Assembly (NCBI GenBank): GCA_963814585.1
Contig: CAWFDF010000009.1
Span: 192,001-256,000 of the forward strand
Origin: an uncultured delta proteobacterium
GTDB taxonomy: Bacteria; Myxococcota; Myxococcia; Myxococcales; Anaeromyxobacteraceae
Reading direction: 5' to 3'
DNA length: 64,000 nucleotides
Part shown: one piece after another, positions 22,355-33,303 of the stretch
How the letters are laid out: every line of letters starts with the position of its first letter
How positions within the stretch are numbered: position 1 is the stretch's first letter
Position numbers and translations under genes: made by a program
The notes under the pieces: model-generated
What the model saw: only the letters and a program-made list of their open reading frames with translations
What the model was told of the DNA's origin: nothing
Databases searched by the model: none

Positions 22355-23527
22355 CTACGGACCATCGTCTTGAGCGCTCTCGCTATACCCGTCGACCGAC
22401 GCGGCAAGCCCTCTGCTCCTTCCAATTGCCAGAGACTTGCTGCCGAATGCCTCGCGGCGCTGCGAGTCCATTAGGAGCCGAATGGCATCTCGGAGTTCCC
22501 CGATGTTGCCAAAGGGATACTCCACGCCATTCTCACCCGGACGAACGTCATCAGTCGGTCCCACGCTCCCTACGCGATCCGAGACAATTACCGGAAGTCC
22601 GCAGAACACCGCTTCGGAAGTAGCCAGCGGATGTGCATCCTCAGCGGATGGATGAAGGAGAATGTCAGAAGCTACGTAGAACGCTGGCAGGCGATTGACG
22701 CGCACGAATCCGGGGAAGTGAACTCTGCCTGCAAGCTCATGGTTGGCGAGGGCTTGGAGAGTCGCCTGCTCAGCACCCGCCCCAGCAAACACCAGCTGCA
22801 AGTCCGGCGAGCCGCTTCCCACAAGCCCGGCAAGCGCTTCTATGGCGTGCCTTGGTGCCTTCTTGGCCGTCAGTTTGCTCACCACCAGGACAACCAGCGC
22901 ATTCAGGGATATCCCAAGGGAATCTCGAATCTCCTTCCTGAGCTGTCCCCTTCTCTGAATCGCCTCAGTCAGGCTGTCCTCGTCAACCGGTAATGGCGAA
23001 CGGAACAGCTTGCGCCTCGGAGCGCCATAGTGTCGATAGTAGGCCTCGTTGGAGTCGCCGACTGTGAGGCACGCATCCACCAGAGCCAGTGCTGGCGGTA
23101 CCGTGAGCACCTTCCGCAGTCTGTGGCTCCGAGTTCGAGGCGTTCGGAGCGTGCTGTCGGAAACAAGCAAGGAGCACCTGCGCCGCCAAAGGGCCCACAG
23201 GAGCGAACGCCTCGATAGTCCGTGGTAGAAGCCGTAGAATTGCACGGCGTCCGGATCAAACACCTCCAAGCGGGCGCCCAGTTCTATAGCGTCAATCGGT
23301 CCAGCCAGCTTCTTGCCGGCAGCGCCTGGCAAGAACTCGCTTTGGAATCCATCGAGTAGGTTCCTTGACCATTGAATGTGCTGGTTAAATCCCGGGTCGT
23401 AGTATCCGTCGACCCCGGCACGTGACGCAAAGAACACGCGGAGGTCGAGATTCGGCTCCGCAGCGAGCCGCCTGTAGAGTGGACAGAAGGTCTGTATCGG
23501 ATGGGAAACAACAATCGCCAGCTTCAT
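22355..23527 (-). CDS. GT4 glycosyltransferase
   Basis: MKLAIVVSHPIQ; VSKLTAKK; DILLHPSAEDAHPLATSEAVFCGLPVIVSDRVG. Confidence 0.85.
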   Translation of the reverse strand: MKLAIVVSHPIQTFCPLYRRLAAEPNLDLRVFFASRAGVDGYYDPGFNQHIQWSRNLLDGFQSEFLPGAAGKKLAGPIDAIELGARLEVFDPDAVQFYGFYHGLSRRSLLWALWRRRCSLLVSDSTLRTPRTRSHRLRKVLTVPPALALVDACLTVGDSNEAYYRHYGAPRRKLFRSPLPVDEDSLTEAIQRRGQLRKEIRDSLGISLNALVVLVVSKLTAKKAPRHAIEALAGLVGSGSPDLQLVFAGAGAEQATLQALANHELAGRVHFPGFVRVNRLPAFYVASDILLHPSAEDAHPLATSEAVFCGLPVIVSDRVGSVGPTDDVRPGENGVEYPFGNIGELRDAIRLLMDSQRREAFGSKSLAIGRSRGLAASVDGYSESAQDDGP

Positions 23528-23919
23528 TGACTTGTCCCGCTGGGGAGCTTCCTGTTAGTCGGTCTAGCGCGATTGCGGAGGGTGCTGGCCTGGGCAACTC
23601 TCGGACACGTCAGGGGATCGTTCTGCCAATTCAGGCTGCGCGTCTCAGCGTTATAGACCTTTTCCGGTTCCTGGTCTTCGTGGGTCTCTGCTCTTGCTGC
23701 TTGAGATCGCACTTGCCGAGGGGCGCGGCTTCTTCAGCCGGCCTTTCCACCTTCTGGTTTGAATCGCCCGTTCGCCGGTCGGTGTGCTGGAGATGAGTGC
23801 GCGGCCGTGGAGAACCGATTCTGCAGCCTCGAGGGTTCATCGGCGAGTGCCCGTGGCCTGGCTAGGCGAGTAGGGTCGGGCACAGACGCACGCGGACATC
23901 GCGTTTCGCGGCCGAACTG

Positions 23920-23948
23920 TTGAACTCCTTTCTTCTCGCCACTACCAT
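23920..23948 (+). promoter_or_regulatory. sigma70-type promoter of asnB
   Basis: TTGAAC 23920-23925, 17-bp spacer, TACCAT 23943-23948; ATG 8 nt downstream. Confidence 0.55.
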
Positions 23949-23956
23949 GCCCGCCA

Positions 23957-25892
23957 ATGTGCGGCATCGTTGGGTGGCTCGTGGGATCGGCAGGCCGCTC
24001 GCCATCTCGACATCGAAGCGTGGAGTCGCGGCCCTGCGCCACCGCGGGCCGGACGGTCAGGCCACGGCCGTCATCTCAGGGCGATCATGCGACCTGCACG
24101 CTCGGTCACACCCGGCTGGCCATCATCGACCTCTCCCCGAGGCGGCGCGCAGCCAATGCGCTCCGACGACGGACGCTTCACGCTCGTCTTCAACGGGGAG
24201 ATCTACAACTTCCGTGCGCTCCGCGCGGAGTTGGAGGCCGCAGGTCACCGGTTCAGATCGAGTTCCGACACCGAAGTGCTGCTCCGCAGCGCTCGTCGCC
24301 TGGGGGCCCGTCGGCCTGCACGCGGCTTCGCGGGATGTTCGCCTTCGCGCTCTTCGACCGGCAGGAGGAGACGCTCCTCCTCGCCAGGGACCGGCTCGGC
24401 ATCAAGCCACTCTACGTTCGCCAGACGAGGAGCGTCTGGTCGCGTTCGCCTCCGAGGTCCGGGCGCTGGTCGCTGCGAAGGCCGTGGAGCCACGGCTCGA
24501 TCCCGAGGCGGTGGCTGGCCTGCTGGCGACCGGCTCGGTCCCCGAACCGCGCACCATCCTCGAAGGCGTGGAGATGCTGAGTCCAGGAAGCTGGCTGCGC
24601 GCCGGGCGCAGCCGGCGTGGAGCGGGCTACCTACTGGGAGCTCCCTGACACCGATTGCCGATCGATTGCGACCGCCAGCGAGGCGATCGAGGCGGTCGGC
24701 GCGGAGCTTCGCGCGGCCGTCGGCATGCAGCTCGTAGCCGACGTCCCGCTCGGGGTCTTCGTGTCCGGCGGGATCGACAGTTCGGTGGTCCTGGCCATGG
24801 CGGCTGAGCGTGCGGCCGGGCCGGTGACCGCCATCACCGTCGAGCTGGAGGACTCGAGGTTCGACGAGAGCCGGTTCGCGAAGGTGGTCGCCGAGCAGTA
24901 CGGGGCCCGCCAGGTCAGAGTCCTCGCTCTCCGCGGCGCGCGCGGCGGCCTCGATAGACGAGGCCGTTTCCGCGCTCGACCAGCCCTCCTCCGACGGCCT
25001 CGAATTCCTACTTCGTGTCCCGCGCGACCCGCGAGGCTGGGATCACCGTCGCGCTGAGCGGACTCGGCGGCGACGAGCTCTTCGCTGGTTATCAACCACT
25101 TCCGTACCTTCCGGACCGTCATGCGCTGGCGCCGGGCTCTCCGGCCCGCTGGCGACGCACCTGCCGGACTGCCGGAAGGGATCCGTTCGCGTCGCGCAGC
25201 CATGGGCCAAGGGCAAGGAGCTCCTGGCCTGCATGGGGAGCGCCGGAGCGACCTACGACACGTTGCGAGCCATGTTCCTCCCCGCCGCAGGTTTCCGCAC
25301 TCATGCCTGGACGACTGGTTTCCGCCAGCGTCCTGGACTCCAGCTTCGCCAATCTCGCCGAGCGGCTCGCCGAGGCCGACCCCGTCAACGCCTACGGTCG
25401 GTTCGAGCTCAGCCCGGTACCTTCGCAACACACTCCTGCGCGACACCGACGTGATGAGCATGGCGAGCGCCCTTGAGGTCCGCGTTCCGCATCATCGACC
25501 ACAAGGTCGTGGAATTGGCGCTGGCCATTCCGGGCCATCTCAAGATCGGCGGAAGAATCAACAAGCCGATCCTCGCCGCCACCGTGCCGTCCCTTCCGGC
25601 AGCGCACGGCGGTCGCCCCAAGCAGGGCTTCGCGCTGCCCTTTGACGCCTGGTTTCGTGGGACGCTGCGGGGCTGGATGGAGGAGCGGCTGCTGGGCGAA
25701 CCCGACCAGGCGACTCGGGCTCGTCGATCCAGATGCGGTCGCCGGCGCCTGGCGCGCCTTCCTGAGGGGCGAGCGGTACGTCTCCCACTCGCGAGTCTGG
25801 ACGCTGGCGGTGCTCGCCGACTGGTGCCAGCGCAACGGGGTAGCGCGCGTGACGCCCCACGCAGTCCGATTCGAGCGCCGTCCGCGAGCTGA
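23957..25892 (+). CDS. asnB: Asparagine synthase (glutamine-hydrolysing)-like amidotransferase, many frameshifts
   Basis: [79 protein letters not shown]. Confidence 0.9.
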
Positions 25893-27034
25893 CAGTCGTC
25901 ACCCCCGACCTCTTCGAGCAGGGAGGGGCATCGCCGCATCGCGCGCGCGACGGTGCTCGCTGCCACCCTCCACTGCGCCGATCACGCGGCGCTCGTCTGA
26001 CGGTCTTGTCGCTTACCGATGGAGGTGCGGTTCGCGACCAACGCTACCTCCCGGCCGGGAGGCCACGTTTCTCGGCTTCAGCGGCAGCCGTGTTCGGCTC
26101 ATCCGTGAGGTGGTCTGCCCGAGCCTGGTGCCCTACGACCACGCCGGAGTCATCTTCTGCCACGTCAATCTCGCCGTGATCAGGGCTGCTGTTCCCGCGA
26201 CGAAGAAGTCTTCACTGTGGTCGCGCACGGCGTCGACGTCGTGGGAGCAGCTCAGCCTGCCGCGGCGCGTTGCCCTCCGCCGCGCGGCCGAGGTCTGGCC
26301 GGTGAGCGATTACACTGCTCGCGTCGTCCAGCGGCTTCACGGCGTCCCCACAGCCCGCACCAGGGTCATCAAGAACTGCCTCGACTCCTTCTGGTCGCCT
26401 GGCCGTTCGGCTCCGTCTCCAGAGGCGCACTTCGCCCTGGCCGTCTCCCGCCTCGGCAAGGGAGATCGCTACAAGGGATTGGACGTGACCATCAGGGCCT
26501 TCGCGCGGCTGCCGGCTTCACTTGGACCTGTGGAACTTATGGTGGTGGGCGACGGAGAGGACCGGGCACGACTGGAGGCGCTCGCGGCAGCGTCGGGCGC
26601 GAGGGTCCGATTTCTCGGGCCGGTCAGCGACGAGCGGCTCCAGGAGCTCTACGGTTCCTGCGCCTTCTTCGTCCTCCCGTCCTCCAAGGAGGGCTTCGGA
26701 CTCGTTTACCTGGAGGCGATGGCCGCGGGGCGGGCGGTGGTCGCGGCGAGCGCCACGGCCGTGCCGGAGATTGTTTCCGACGGCGTCGACCGGGCGACTG
26801 GTGGGTGCAGCCGACGAACTGGGGCTGGCCGCGGCCATGGCGTCACTCTTCTCGGACCCGGCTCTCGCGGCGCGGTACGGCGAGGCAGGGCGGCAACTGC
26901 TGGAGACCCGCTTTGGCTTCCAGAGATACCGGTCCGAGGTGGGTGACGCCCTGGCCCAGGTCTTCGGAATCGGCCCCTGTCCTGGCGAAGCGTGTCCTCC
27001 TTCAGCCGCCGCCACGAGCGGGCGGACGGCCTGA
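25849..27034 (+). CDS. GT4 glycosyltransferase, frameshifted
   Basis: VSRLGKGDRYKG; FVLPSSKEGFGLVYLEAMAAG. Start approximate. Confidence 0.8.
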
Positions 27035-27036
27035 CC

Positions 27037-28167
27037 GTGCGCGTGCTCCACATCGTCCCCAGCTATTACCCGGCAGTCCGGTACGGTGGCCCTATTGTCA
27101 GCGTCAGGCGGCTCTGCGAGTCACTGGTACAGGCCGGGGTGGAGATTGATGTCGCCACGACCGACGCGGACGGGCCTGGGGACCTCGACGTCCCAACCGA
27201 CCGGTGGACGGACCTGGACGGCGTTCGCGTGCGCTATTTCCACCGTTGGCCGAGGGTCGACTTCGCCTTCTCGCCCCCTCTCGCGAGGTTCCTGGCCAAG
27301 GAGACCAGGAGCTACGACCTCGTGCACGTCGTCGGCACCTTCAGCTTCCCCTCGCTTGCAGCTGCCGCCGCTGCGCGCGGCGCTGGTGTTCCATACGTCG
27401 TCTCGACCCGTGGAAGCATCCAGCCCTGGTCACTCGCCCAGAAGCGTTGGAAGAAGCTTCCCTACTGGACTCTCTTCGAGCGCAGGAACCTGGAGCATGC
27501 TGCTGCCATCCACGCGACGGCCGCAGCGGAGGCCGACGCGATCAGGGCGCTGTTTCCAAACGCCCGGGTCTTCGTTTCGCCAAACGGAGTCGAGACCGTC
27601 GCTCCGCCGAAGGTGGAACGGAACCCTCGCCAGGTTGTCTTTCTCGGCCGGATCCACAAGGTGAAGGGCTTCGACGTCCTCATCCCCGCGCTTGCGCGGG
27701 TGGCCGAGGCGCTACCGGGTGTCCAGGCTATCGTGGCGGGCCCGGACGACGAAGGGGAGTGGCCCAGGGTCGAGAAGCTGCTCGAAGGCGCCCGCCCTCG
27801 ACCGGAGGTCCGCTACGTCGGAGCGGTGACCGGCGACGACAAGTGGCGGCTCCTGGCCTCTTCAGGCGTGTTCGTTCTCCCCTCTCACACGGAGAACTTC
27901 GGGGTCGCGGTGGCCGAGGCGCTCGCCTGCGGCACGCCGGTCGTGGTCAGCCGCAACTGCCCTTGGCGCTTGGTCGAAGAGCATGGCGCCGGCTATTGGG
28001 TGGAGAACACCCCGGAGAACGTGGCGAAGGCGCTACTCGCCATCCTGCGGGACCCTGCCCTGGCCAGCAGGATGGGGGCCGCCGGGATCGAACTCGCGCG
28101 GGCCTATTCCTGGCAGGGCCTTGGGCGGAAGATGGCGGAGTGGTACCGAGAGGTCCTGGGCCCGTGA
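27037..28167 (+). CDS. GT4 glycosyltransferase
   Basis: RVLHIVPSYYPAVRYGGP; FLGRIHKVKG; LPSHTENFGVAVAEALACGTPV. Confidence 0.9.
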   Translation: MRVLHIVPSYYPAVRYGGPIVSVRRLCESLVQAGVEIDVATTDADGPGDLDVPTDRWTDLDGVRVRYFHRWPRVDFAFSPPLARFLAKETRSYDLVHVVGTFSFPSLAAAAAARGAGVPYVVSTRGSIQPWSLAQKRWKKLPYWTLFERRNLEHAAAIHATAAAEADAIRALFPNARVFVSPNGVETVAPPKVERNPRQVVFLGRIHKVKGFDVLIPALARVAEALPGVQAIVAGPDDEGEWPRVEKLLEGARPRPEVRYVGAVTGDDKWRLLASSGVFVLPSHTENFGVAVAEALACGTPVVVSRNCPWRLVEEHGAGYWVENTPENVAKALLAILRDPALASRMGAAGIELARAYSWQGLGRKMAEWYREVLGP

Positions 28168-28219
28168 TCCCGAGACGCCTGATGGTGCTGGTCACTCACG
28201 CTGTCCCACAGTGCCATCC

Positions 28220-29076
28220 ATGACCTCGACCACTGGGGTGCAGTTGCTTTCGGTCGTGATCCTCACGAGGGACGAGGAGGCCAACCTCCCGCGGACCTTG
28301 GACAGCCTGAGGGGGATCGGAGCCGAGGTCTTCGTCGTTGACTCTGGAAGCACCGACCGGACGGTCGAGATTGCGCGCGCCGCTGGCTGCTCGGTCTGGA
28401 GCATGCATTCGTGAACCAGGCCGCTCAGGTGAACTGGGCCCTGGACAACCTGCCCTTGGCCACTCCGTGGGTGATGCGCCTGGACGCCGACGAGCGGCTG
28501 ACGGCGGAGCTCGCCAACGAGCTTCAGTCCGTCCTGCCAGTCGCTCCGCCCGAGGTGTGTGGCTACCAGCTGAAGCGGCAGGTCCATTTCTGGGGAACCT
28601 GGATCCGCCACGGCGGCTATTACCCGACCTGGCTTTTCCGCATCTGGAGGCGCGGCACCGCCCGCAGTGAGCAGCGCTGGATGGACGAGCACATGGTCTC
28701 GAGTGGCGGGCGGATCGAGCGCCTCCGGCACGACATCATCGACGAGAACCACAAGGGCCTTGGATTCTGGGTGGAGAAGCACAACCAGTATGCCGACCGC
28801 GAGGTGAAGGACCTGTTGGCCAGGCGCGGCGTACCGGAGACGACGGCGGTGGGCGGCCAGGCAGGGAGGAAGCGCTGGCTCAAGGAGAAGCTCTATGGCC
28901 GCTCTCCTCTGTTCTTCCGCGCGTTCGCCTACTGGTTTTTCCGTTACTTCGTTCTGCTCGGGTTCCTGGACGGCGTCCCCGGCCTGGTCTTCCACTTCAA
29001 CCAGGCGCTCTGGTATCGCCTCCTCGTGGACGCCAAGCTCCATGAAGCGAGGCGAGCCAGGCCCGACCCAGATTGA
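28220..29076 (+). CDS. GT2 glycosyltransferase (beta-glucosyltransferase-like), frameshift near 28400
   Basis: VILTRDEEANL; VDSGSTDRT; RLDADE; GFLDG. Confidence 0.85.
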
Positions 29077-29220
29077 CCACTTCCGAATCGCCGGTTTCTG
29101 TCACGAGCCATTGCGCTGTCGACAAGGCATCGGGGGAGTTTCGATGATCCGCTTTGACAGGCGGCGACCCTGGATATCCAATGCGACTTCCTCACGAAGG
29201 GGAGCATGAGAAGGCGCTCG

Positions 29221-29860
29221 ATGCAGGCTAGCGAGATCTCAGGGTACGAGTGGAAGAGCGGCGCTCTGACGAGCGCTCATGACTACCTGCTCCCGGTCGT
29301 ATTGAGCGAGGTCGCACGAGTCTTCGAGGCCCTCCCCGCCGGTGAGAGGCGGTTGTTCGAGGTCGGATGCGGCAATGGCAGCGTCGCCAGTGTGCTGACG
29401 CAGCACGGATGGGACGTCACCGGGATAGATCGATCGACCGACGGCATCGCTCACGCCAACGCCAACCACCCGAGTCTGAAGCTCCGGCTGGGTTCAGCCT
29501 ACGATGATCTGTCCACGCACTATGGGCGCTTCCCAGTGGTGGTCAGCCTGGAAGTCGCAGAGCATGTCTGACTTCCCGCGCCGATTCGCCGCTTCGATAT
29601 TCAACTTGCTTGGTCCGGGAGGCACCGTGATCTTGTCGACTCCCTACCACGGGTACTGGAAGAACCTGGCGCTGGCACTCACTGGCAAGCTGGATGCGCA
29701 CTTCACGGCCCTCTGGGACCACGGGCACATCAAGTTCTGGTCTATGCGAACGCTCGCTGAGCTGCTTGGCGAGGCGGGGTTCGTCGACATCCGTTTCAGG
29801 CGCGTGGGGCGGATTCCGGTCTTGGCCAAGTCGATGATCGCCATCGGCAGACGACCCTGA
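29221..29860 (+). CDS. Class I SAM methyltransferase (UbiG-like), frameshift near 29570
   Basis: LFEVGCGNG; SLEVAEHV; STPYHGYWKNL; GHIKFWS. Confidence 0.8.
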
Positions 29861-29879
29861 AACAGTATTGATCTGACCG

Positions 29880-30431
29880 ATGGGCCGCGTCCGAGACAAC
29901 GGTGTACCTCCCCGGGCTTGGAGCGGTAGCGCTACTGGGGGCACCAGGTACAACTCTCTTGCTAACGGTGATCTTCGGACTGGCCGGGTCGCTGGTGGAG
30001 ATGTCGGAGTGCAGGCGGCCCCGCCCTACCGGCCTTTCCCCGCCGGAGCCGCCTGCGTGCCGCTGGCCGGCGGCCTGGGCATGCCCCTGCCGCTCCGGCT
30101 TGCGCCGGTTGACCTGCTCCACCTGCTCGCGGACCTGCTGCTTCCGGAAGCCGTGCAGCATCTTCTGGGCCTCCACCGGATCCTCGGGCAGCCACGCCGG
30201 CGGCGGTCCCCGGAGCTGCGGCGTCTCGATCATGATCGGCGCCCCGTACTCGTTGCCCGCCAGGAAGGACGGGTACGGCGACAGCCCCAGCTGCCACCCG
30301 TCCGCCCGACCGGGCCCGCGGCCGGAGGCCGGCCCCGGCACGGAGAACTCGGCGAGCCGGTAGACGACCAGCCCCAGGCCCGCCAGCAGCAGGACGATCA
30401 CGGCGACGGCGAGTGCGGTGAGCTTGCCCAC
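29880..30431 (-). CDS. Hypothetical small membrane-anchored protein; 3' end uncertain
   Basis: GTG 30431, MGKLTALAVAVIVLLLAGLGLVVYR TM helix. TATACT lies 6 nt upstream. Confidence 0.45.
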
Positions 30432-30457
30432 GGACGGAGTATAACGCCGCGCCCCGG

Positions 30458-32669
30458 CTACGCCCCGCCGGCCGCCTTCTCCGCCTTGTCGCCGTCGTAG
30501 TAGCCGTACTGGTAGTAATAGGCATACTGCCCATACTTCTGGTCCTGCAGGTCGAGGTCGTTCAGGACCGCGCCGAAGATGGGCGCGTTGACGTCGCGCA
30601 GCTGCTTGACCGCCTGCCGGGCCGCGTCGCGCGAGGTCTTGCCGGCCTTCAGCACCACCAGCACGCCGTCCACCTGGGTGCCCACCACCACCGCGTCGGC
30701 CACCACGCCCACCGGCGGCGAGTCGATGATGACCCGGTCGTAGCCCGCCGCCATCTCCGCCAGCAGCCGCTGGAAGGCGGCGGTGTGCAGCAGCTCGGCC
30801 GGGTTGGGCGGCACCGGCCCGCAGGGGAGCACGTCGAGCTTCGGCACCTGGGTGGGCTGCGTGAGCTCGGCGAGCGTCCCCTCGCCCAGGATCAGCGACG
30901 ACAGCCCGGCCCGGGTCTCCAGCCCGAAGATCTTGTGCACCCTCGGCTTGCGCATGTCGGCGTCCACCAGCAGCACCCGGCTGCCGCTGCCGGCCATGGT
31001 GATGGCCAGCGAGGTGGCGGTGGTGGTCTTGCCCTCCTGCGGCCCGGAGGAGGTGACCATGATGGTCTTGAGCGGCCGCTCCGGCGACATGAAGAGCAGG
31101 TTGGTGCGCACCGCCCGCAGGCACTCGGCCACCGCGCTCTTGGGCTGGTCGTGGACCACCAGGTCCGGCACCCAGCCGTCCTTGGTCTTCTCGATGGTGG
31201 GGATGATGCCCAGGAAGGTGAGCCCGAGCCGCTCCTCCACCTGCTGCTGGGTGGTGATCGACTGGTCGAGCGCCTCGGCGCCGAAGGCCAGGCCCACCCC
31301 GCCCAGCAGGCCGAGCAGCAGCGCCAGCGCCATGTTCTTGACCAGGTCCGGCCGCACCGGCCGGCCGGCCGGCCGCGCCCGGTCCAGGATCCGCACGTTG
31401 GAGACCTGCAGCATGCCGGAGACGCCGGTGTCCTTGAGCCGCTTCAGCACCAGCTCGTAGAGCCGCTGGTTGTTGTCGTAGCTGCGCTTCAGCTCCAGGT
31501 AGTCGCGCTCGTACTGGTTGAGGCCGAAGGCCTCGGTCTTGGTCTCGTTGAGCAGGACCTGCAGGTTGCTCTCGGTCTTCTGCGTCTCCTGGTACTCCTG
31601 GCGGGCGGCCTTGAGCGCCGTCTTGATCTCGTCGCGCAGCCCCTGCAGGGTCTCGGCCAGCCGCTTGTCGCAGGCCTGCAGCCTGGGGTGGTCCTCGCCG
31701 TACTTGCTGCGCAGGTCGGCGCACTCGGCGCGCGCCTCCAGGTAGCGCAGCTTGATCTGCTGGATGGCCATGGAGGTGGCCACCGGCTGCAGCGCCTCCA
31801 CGTCGGCGCCGGCCTTCTCGAAGCGCTGGGCCACCGCCTGGATGGCGTCGTTGCGGGCCTGCAGCTCGGCGCGCCGCACCCGGGCGCGGGTCAGGGCGTC
31901 GTTGATCTGGTTGAGCCGCTGGGTGACCATCGACTGGCGGTCCTCCCAGGTGGTGGCCACGATGTCGTGCGACTGCTTGAACTCGAAGAGCGCCTTGCCG
32001 CTGTCGTCGAGCTTCTTCTCCAGGTCGGCGAGCTGCGTCTCCAGCCACTCGGCGGCGTTCTGGGTGGTCACGGTCTTCACCGAGAGGTTCTCGGCGATGT
32101 AGGCCTCGGCCAGGGTGTTGGCGACCAGCGCCGCCAGCTGGGGGTCGTCGGACTCGTAGGTGATCCTGACGATGCGCGAGTCCTTCACCGGCTGCAGCTT
32201 GAGGCTCCTGGTGAGCACGGCGGCCGGGTCGGCGCGGGCCTTGAAGCGCTCCAGCTCGGCCGGATCGGTCACCTTGTCCAGGCCGAGGAACCTGAGGTTC
32301 TGGCCGAGCTGCAGCTTGTCCACCACCCGCTGCGCCACGGTGCGGCTGGCCAGCACCTTGTACTGGGTCTCGTAGAACTCCTTGGAGTACCAGAAGCTGC
32401 CGGAGCCGGACTCCACCACCTCCTGCACCGAGTCCTTGTCGAGCACCTTGGGCGCGGCCGAGATCGATGATGATGGTGCAGGTGGCGTCGTAGATCTTGG
32501 TCTGCCGGAGCGTGTAGATGCCGGTGACCAGCAGCACGCCCAGGAAGAAGGGGATGGCCAGCCAGCGGCGCCGCATCAGGGTGCGCCAGTAGGCGTGGAA
32601 GTCGATCGAGTCGGTCACGTCCGAGACCAGGCTGCGGCTCTCCGGCGTGGCTTGCTGCGGGTCGGTCAT
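30458..32669 (-). CDS. wzc: Wzc/GumC polysaccharide co-polymerase with BY-kinase domain; frameshift near 32450
   Basis: YWRTLMRRRW; FYETQY; coiled coil; TSSGPQEGKTT; LLVDADMRKP; IIDSPP; Tyr cluster YAYYYQYGYY. Confidence 0.92.
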
Positions 32670-32781
32670 CGGGCTTTCCCGGCGGCGGCCCGATCAGCCG
32701 GCCGCACGCGTCTTCAGGGTTGAAGAATGTAGGGGATGGGGCGGGGGAAAGTCCAATTGGGGAGCGGGCTTCGGGCGGGGG

Positions 32782-33038
32782 CTACCGGTAGACCTCCCGC
32801 CGGTTACCGACCCGCACCACCAGGACGCGGAGGACGGCGTCCTCGATCGAGACGACGATGCGGTGGTCGCGATGCGGTACGCAAGCGAGGTGAACCGGGC
32901 GGTGAGCGCCTTGCCCACGGAGCGCGGGTCAGGGGCGACCCGTGCCTCCACGTAGGCGACCAGCTGCCGCGCCACCTGCTTGTCGAGCTTGCGGAGCTGC
33001 TTCCTGGCCGAGTCGGACCACTCAATCGTCCAGGCCAA
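32782..33038 (-). CDS. relE: RelE/ParE family toxin, frameshifted
   Basis: MAWTIEWSDSARKQLRKLDK...PRSVGKAL; shifted frame DHRIVVSIEDAVLRVLVVRVGNRREVYR*. Confidence 0.85.
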
Positions 33039-33246
33039 GGTCGGCCCTCAGCTGCTCGGTCGTGAAGACCCGCTCCTTGCCGCGGCGGACCCGCTCCAGG
33101 GTGGCGGCCGCCAGGTAGGCGTCCTCCATGTCATCGAGGTGCTCGAGGATGGCCTCGCGCACGTAGAAGCTCTTGGTCCGGCCGGTGGCCTTCGCCAGGG
33201 CCTCCAGCCGCTCTTCGATCTCCGGGGGGAGGCGGAGCGCCAGCAC
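33022..33246 (-). CDS. relB: RHH antitoxin (RelB/DUF6290-like)
   Basis: MLALRLPPEIEERLEALAKATGRTKSFYVREAILEHLDDMEDAYLA; overlaps the toxin start. Confidence 0.85.
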   Translation of the reverse strand: MLALRLPPEIEERLEALAKATGRTKSFYVREAILEHLDDMEDAYLAAATLERVRRGKERVFTTEQLRADLGLDD

Positions 33247-33303
33247 GGTTCACCTCGTTGTCATACGTCGTGGACATGTATAGCGGGCGGATCCGGGGCT
33301 CGC

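Noticed and set aside
23528..23919. Small ORFs in the divergent intergenic region
   Set aside because: No recognisable motifs or consistent coding pattern; treated as intergenic.
23957..25892. Lasso-peptide cluster (AsnB-like cyclase plus NTP_transf_5 genes)
   Set aside because: AsnB keeps its N-terminal Cys glutaminase domain (MCGIVG). No PqqD/B protein or precursor is seen, and the context is glycosyltransferases.
32762..33300. Weak flanking similarity around relBE (agcgggc...ggggct)
   Set aside because: Too short and gapped to exceed chance at this GC content.
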